From: Azolla caroliniana
Taxonomy: Eukaryota > Plantae > Polypodiophyta
Assembly: GCA_043228905.1 (NCBI GenBank)
Contig: JBHGNT010000009.1
Coordinates: 2,356,001-2,420,000, forward strand
Direction of reading: 5' to 3'
DNA: 64,000 nt
Position 1 is the first letter of the stretch; every line of letters begins with the position of its first letter. The notes under the pieces were generated by a model. That model was not told the origin of the DNA and ran no database searches. It was given only the letters and a program-made list of their open reading frames with translations. The translations under genes and the position numbers were made by a program. Shown in pieces: positions 59,077 through 64,000 of this stretch.

Positions 59077-60120
59077 TGTTGGGAGACAGGTCCCTCCGGA
59101 TGGGAAGGGAGAAGATCAGTGACGATGAACAAACTCGGCCGAGGCCGATAGGCCAAGGCCGAAACCGTATGAGGAGGACCCCGGCTACGGAGAGCCGGAT
59201 GGTGCAGGCTCGGTATGAACCGGATGAGGAGTACCCGGCTACGGAGAGCCGGATGGTGCAGGCCCGGTATGAACCGGATGAGGAGTACCCGGCTACGGAG
59301 AGCCGGATGGTGCAGGCCCGGTATGAACCGGATGAGGAGTACCCGGCTACGTAGAACCGGATGGTGCAGACCCGGTATGAACCGCATGAGGAGTACCCGG
59401 CTACGGAGAGCCGGATGGTGCAGGCCCGGTACGAACCGGAGGAAGAGACATATTCGTAAATATGTTTCTGAGAGCCCATCGTGGCTATATTTGTAAATAG
59501 CCGAAAAGTCATATTAGTATAAATATGACTTAGGGCAAACTAATATTTGGTTGTTGTCAATTTTTTGTATTACATGAGATTAGTGTGCGTAACGTTGTAC
59601 ACAGAGAGAGAGAGAGAGAGAGAAAGAGGTCGTTGCCTCTGTTGTAACCGCCGCCTGTGGCGAAGAGCCTGAGTCCGAGGTCGTTGCCTTCGTGAACTCA
59701 CTGTTTTGTACATTCATACATAGTGACAGTTTGCAGCCTGTGGGCTGCCGTGGTTTTTTCCCTAGTTTGGGGTTTTCCACGTAAACCTCTTGTGTACCAT
59801 TTCTCTTCTTTGTGTCGCGTTTCATTACCTGTTTTTCTATGTGTGAAAAGAATCTCGGTTGTGGCCGAGTCTTGCGCATAAGGAACGTCCAGTTCCCGTC
59901 AAGTGGTATTAGAGCGAAATCGACACAGAAAATGGACGAATCATTTGGCGGCATATTCAAGCTCACCCGCTCCAACTATTCAGTATGGAAGTCGAAGATG
60001 AGGGACATGCTCGTTAGTAAAGACCTCTGGCTGCCGGTTCAGTTCGGGGACAAGAGACCGGACAAAATCGACGCCACGATATGGGAGGTGATGCACATGA
60101 AGACAACGGCGTACATACGG
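59077..60120 (+). mobile_element. Element J: Ty1/copia 5' end (LTR 59077-59901, tRNA-iMet PBS 59904-59915, gag from ATG 59932)
   Basis: TGTTGG...CCGTCA, then AG TGGTATTAGAGC. MDESFGGIFKLTRSNYSVWKSKMRDML is a copia gag start. Cut by element G. Confidence 0.9.
59163..59442. repeat. 54-bp tandem repeat x~5 in copia U3
   Basis: GAACCGGATGAGGAGTACCCGGCTACGGAGAGCCGGATGGTGCAGGCCCGGTAT, period 54. Confidence 0.93.
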
Positions 60121-60662
60121 TGTCGTGCCTTTCGGCTCCGGATCGTTGCGTGAGTCGGGTGGGAACCACAGAGGTCTTGGACTAGGAGAAAGAAGTTCGT
60201 GAGATAGAGATTAATTATGAGTAAATAGCAAAGAGAAAGATAAGAAACTCGTGAATCACACGAGTATACTATATTAATTGGTACTTAGAGTGTTAAGAGA
60301 GAAGTAGATGTATAAATCGTGAATCCCACGAATAATTTTTGTATTGATTCATACTTAATCCAAATAATCAACAACCCTTTATATATTTCTCTCCTCCTTA
60401 TATAAGGAAGGAAGAGCTAAGCATGGCTTCATGCTTTTTTTTTTTTTACAAAAAGTGTTCATGTCCACTAAATGTGCATGTGATGCTTTTTTATTTCCTA
60501 AGTATAGGGCTCATGCACGCTAGATGTGCATGAGTTATTTTTAGTGTCTCGTGTTTTCTTTTTCATATATTAAAAAAATACACGATTTACTTTTTAATAA
60601 AGGTATGCATAAATAAAGGTCTTATACGTATTAAATCTATATTTAAAACACTTAAGATAAGT

Positions 60663-60716
60663 TAATGTAATGGTAAGGTTGGGGTTTGTCAACGTGGAGG
60701 TGCAGAGTTCGAATCA
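60663..60716 (+). promoter_or_regulatory. Degenerate tRNA-type A box/B box in the U3 of element G
   Basis: TAATGTAATGG...AGTTCGAATCA, starts 43 nt apart. Confidence 0.6.
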
Positions 60717-60870
60717 TGCCCTGCGTAGTAATGAATATTTCCTTCTTTTTTACATTTATGTCTCTTTATCCGGCTCTTCCTTGCCGGTATGCCGTTTTCT
60801 TCCGGTTCTTACCGAGCACTCCATTCTCTATCCGGAGGGACAAAAATATAATTTCCACATAGTGTGCAAC

Positions 60871-63800
60871 CTACACTACGACACTCGCCCCCTCCAAACA
60901 CGCACATCCTCCGGTATGTGCCGAAGTTCTTGATTCTTCGTATCCGTCTTCATCCGAAGCTTTCTCCGATTCTCCCCCTATGTCGACTATGAGTTGCAAT
61001 CCACTTTCTTCGCTTCCCGCATCATTGTGGTCTTCGTCCGATTGCTCCTCGTTGTCGGCCTCGACTTGGATCACATAAGGTTTGTCGTCGGTCCGCTTCT
61101 TGAAAATCTTCACCCGCTTCCCGGCTATAGGCACTCGTAGTATTGTTCCATCCAACTCGGACAGTCGGTACGTCCCGTTGTCGAAGACCTTCCGAACCTC
61201 GTACGGCCCGAACCACCTTTTCGCGAATTTCCGCATCGTTGTATGTTGATGGTCCAAGCTACTATCATAGACGATCACCCAATCTCCTTCTTCAATCCTC
61301 CTCGGTCGTAGTCGGTGCTTTGTGTCGAACCGGCTTTTGTTCCGGAACCGTGCTTCTTGTTGTCGGCGTGACACTTCCGCTACATCTTTCGGTCTTCCCT
61401 CCAGTTGTCGTATCCGGACCGCTAGTAGTTCTTCCCGGCTCATCTCTTCCTTCCACGGTAGTATCGTCCATGTCGCGATTGCGGTTTCCGTTGGCATTAC
61501 TGGTGCTTGTCCGGTCATGAGTTCTGCCGGCATGTAACCGGTCACGGAGCTATGCGTCGTCCGATCCGCCCATAGTGCATACGGAAGCATTTGTGGCCAA
61601 TCCTTCACCCTTCCGTCGCATGCCTTCGCAAGTGCTTTCACGATCGGACTATGTCCTCGTTCGATCTTCCCGTTGGCCTCCGGATTGTAGGCCGTTGTCA
61701 ACGTTAACCGAACTCCATGTTTGGCGAAGAATCCCCTAGCTTTGTCCGAGTCGAGTTCTCCCCGGTCCGCAATCACTTGTCCTACGCAGCCGTACCTACA
61801 AAACACTTCTTCCAAAAGAAATTGGCACACCGCGGCACACGTTTTCCTCCGAAGCGCTCGACCTTCAACTTGGTTTGTGAGATCTTCTCGAGCTAACACC
61901 AAGTATTTCTTTTGTCCAATCCCGGTCGGCATAGCTACAATGTCGACCATCCACTTGAAGTTGATTGTCGGTGAGAATGTCGGATGCAGCTCATCTCGGT
62001 GTCGGACCCCGGAGTAGACTTGACATTTCTCGCAGCTTTCTGTGAACTCCGCGACATCTTTATACATGTTCTTCCACCAATATCTTTGCTTGATTTTCAC
62101 AAAAGTTGCCCATGTTCCTCGATGTCCAGCCCAATCGGATTCGTGGAACTCGGACATTATCCGGTTTCGTTGCTCTTTCGTCCCGACTACTCGAAGTGGT
62201 ATCCCATCCGGTCTTTTCGGCGTCCTCCATATTAAACCGTTTTCCAAGAAGAACTTTTGGACTTGCCTCTTCTTCCTTCGGATCTCGGCTCTCCTCTCTT
62301 TATCATTGGTTGAATCCTCGACCTCTTGTAGCATCTTCCCGATCATCAAGGTTTCCCCCTCGTATTCTTCTTCCCGGAATTCTCGGATCACGTTCACTCG
62401 GCATATGTGTTCTGACGTGAAGTAGTCTTCGGAAACTTCTTCATTATCTGATTCGGTTATGTCGTCTTCAAACCGCGCCCTCGATAACATGTCCGCTACC
62501 GCGTTGTCCTTCCCCGAGATGTGTCGAACCTCCGGATTAAATGACTTGACATATGCAATCCACCTTAGCATAGCCACATCCGGTATCGTACAACACCGCA
62601 TCATCCCGAGTATCGGAAGACAATCCGTCTCGATCACCACTTCAGCTCCGATCAAATAATCCCGATCCGATTTTATCGCCGACACGACTCCCCACAATTC
62701 TCTTTTGACTTGTGCATATCCGCGTTGCCTTTCGTTGAGGACCTTTGCTCCAAATCGGATCGGATACCGCGAACCATCCGAGTCGGCTTGATTGATGACC
62801 CACCCGATACCGGTTGGACTTGTATCAACCGTTACTATGATTGGCCGCTCGTAGCTTGGCTTCTTAAGTGATTCCGCCCTCCATAGTGTCTTCTTGAGCT
62901 TCCTCATGGCTTTAGTGTGTTCCGGTTTCCACTCGAATTTCTTACCTTTCCGCAACAAGTGATAGAGCAGGTCCGCTATATGTGCATAGTGCGGAATCCA
63001 TATGTGATAGAATGCACACGCACCCAGAAACCTTCGGACTTCCGATGTTGACTCACATACTTCCTTCATAGCTTGAATCGCATCGATCTTTGTTGGTGAC
63101 GGTTTTCGGCCGTAGGGTCCACATAGATGTCCGACCACCAATATTTCTTCTTGCCCGAATGCCGATTTCTCCCCGGAAAGTGTTAGGTGCACATCTTCTA
63201 GCTTTCGCAACACTTTCTCGCAATCATGAATATGGTCGACCACGAACTTTCGGCATCCCCGATCATCCATAGTCTCATCTTTTTCTTCCACCGCGCATCC
63301 TTTCATCGGAATGTCATCTAGAAACGGCATCGTTATCTCCGGGATGCAATCTCGAAGCACCTTGTTCATCGCGTTCATCATATGTGCAACCGAGTTTGTC
63401 GCTCCTTGTGGTAGTGTGCACATTCGAACTAGTCCTATCGGTGTCCGCATGGTAGTGATGTCTCGGCTCTCCACGGCTAGTTGGAATTGGCCATACCCCG
63501 AGTATAGGTCCCCGATGGAGTATATCGCACGTCCGGCAAAAGCTTCCGCGAATTCGTCCACTATCGGACCGACTCCCGAGTTCCGGATCGTGACCTTGTT
63601 CACCGGTTGCAAGTCTTGGATGAATCGGAGTGACCCATTCTTCTTCGGAACCGTAAACCATCGATTTGAGTACGGAGCACTTGATGGCTCTAGAATCCCC
63701 ATCGCCACCTTCTCCTTGAGCAAGTCGATGACTTTCGGAATATGCGCCCGTGGCACCAGAATCGGCTTCAGGTTCCACGGTACATGATCAATCGTGAAAA

Positions 63801-63984
63801 TCACCATCGGCTCCACTATCTTTGGATCAATGCATCCGATCTCCCTCGATGTGAACGCGAATGCTTTGCCATGTTGCTCCAACATCTCTCGAAACCGTTT
63901 TTCTTCTTCTTGTAAGAGGAACCCACCTCCACCGATCCGAAGTTTCTTCCGGGTCTCATCTGTGAAGGCATGTCCGATATCCAC
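60871..63984 (-). CDS. pol: Open RT-RNaseH-IN ORF of element G (5' partial)
   Basis: 1037 aa uninterrupted. LPQGATNS, FLDD, HHCC, WFGPY, acidic tail running into the LTR. Confidence 0.94.
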   Translation of the reverse strand: MDIGHAFTDETRKKLRIGGGGFLLQEEEKRFREMLEQHGKAFAFTSREIGCIDPKIVEPMVIFTIDHVPWNLKPILVPRAHIPKVIDLLKEKVAMGILEPSSAPYSNRWFTVPKKNGSLRFIQDLQPVNKVTIRNSGVGPIVDEFAEAFAGRAIYSIGDLYSGYGQFQLAVESRDITTMRTPIGLVRMCTLPQGATNSVAHMMNAMNKVLRDCIPEITMPFLDDIPMKGCAVEEKDETMDDRGCRKFVVDHIHDCEKVLRKLEDVHLTLSGEKSAFGQEEILVVGHLCGPYGRKPSPTKIDAIQAMKEVCESTSEVRRFLGACAFYHIWIPHYAHIADLLYHLLRKGKKFEWKPEHTKAMRKLKKTLWRAESLKKPSYERPIIVTVDTSPTGIGWVINQADSDGSRYPIRFGAKVLNERQRGYAQVKRELWGVVSAIKSDRDYLIGAEVVIETDCLPILGMMRCCTIPDVAMLRWIAYVKSFNPEVRHISGKDNAVADMLSRARFEDDITESDNEEVSEDYFTSEHICRVNVIREFREEEYEGETLMIGKMLQEVEDSTNDKERRAEIRRKKRQVQKFFLENGLIWRTPKRPDGIPLRVVGTKEQRNRIMSEFHESDWAGHRGTWATFVKIKQRYWWKNMYKDVAEFTESCEKCQVYSGVRHRDELHPTFSPTINFKWMVDIVAMPTGIGQKKYLVLAREDLTNQVEGRALRRKTCAAVCQFLLEEVFCRYGCVGQVIADRGELDSDKARGFFAKHGVRLTLTTAYNPEANGKIERGHSPIVKALAKACDGRVKDWPQMLPYALWADRTTHSSVTGYMPAELMTGQAPVMPTETAIATWTILPWKEEMSREELLAVRIRQLEGRPKDVAEVSRRQQEARFRNKSRFDTKHRLRPRRIEEGDWVIVYDSSLDHQHTTMRKFAKRWFGPYEVRKVFDNGTYRLSELDGTILRVPIAGKRVKIFKKRTDDKPYVIQVEADNEEQSDEDHNDAGSEESGLQLIVDIGGESEKASDEDGYEESRTSAHTGGCACLEGASVVV

Positions 63985-64000
63985 GGACTTCCGAAGTGCC

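Larger units (their letters stand above)
60121..64000 (-). mobile_element. Element G: Phygy-like gypsy, 3' LTR 60121-60883; continues beyond the window
   Basis: ACGG|TGTCGTG...TACGACA. PPT GGAGGGGGCGAG. Confidence 0.92.

Noticed and set aside
59163-59442. CRISPR array or repeat protein (SSSGSYRACTIRLSVAGY)n
   Set aside because: Head-to-tail repeats with no spacers, inside a copia LTR. The ORFs arise because 54 is a multiple of 3.
1-64000. Prokaryotic retron/DGR/defence system or endogenous virus
   Set aside because: All RTs sit in PR-RT-RH-IN or copia order with LTRs, PBS, PPT and TSDs. No movement protein, env or bacterial operon structure was seen.

Overview
The whole window is a stack of nested LTR retrotransposons from a eukaryotic genome, probably a non-seed land plant (inferred from the mix of lineages). 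I found no host gene, rRNA, CRISPR array or functional tRNA. It contains four groups. (1) About ten copies or solo LTRs of a non-chromovirus Ty3/gypsy lineage, tentatively Phygy-like, with TGTCG...CGACA termini, a tRNA-Trp PBS, 4-bp TSDs, a DHG protease motif and an FLDD RT motif. (2) Two young Tcn1-like chromoviruses: A (46618-52386, intact) and B (14789-19410, 5' internal deletion), plus two older gypsy pol remnants. (3) An Athila-like element with a long extra 3' ORF. (4) Ty1/copia remnants. The most notable observations are: an antisense tRNA-type Pol III A/B-box module with identical 43-nt spacing in the U3 of otherwise dissimilar LTR families; nearly all insertions of the tRNA-Trp lineage landing on a CpG (NCGN); a TSD-flanked element with two dissimilar LTRs; a conserved -1 frameshift between protease and RT; and a Tf1-style self-priming PBS. 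All coordinates and comparisons were made by eye, and clade names are inferences.
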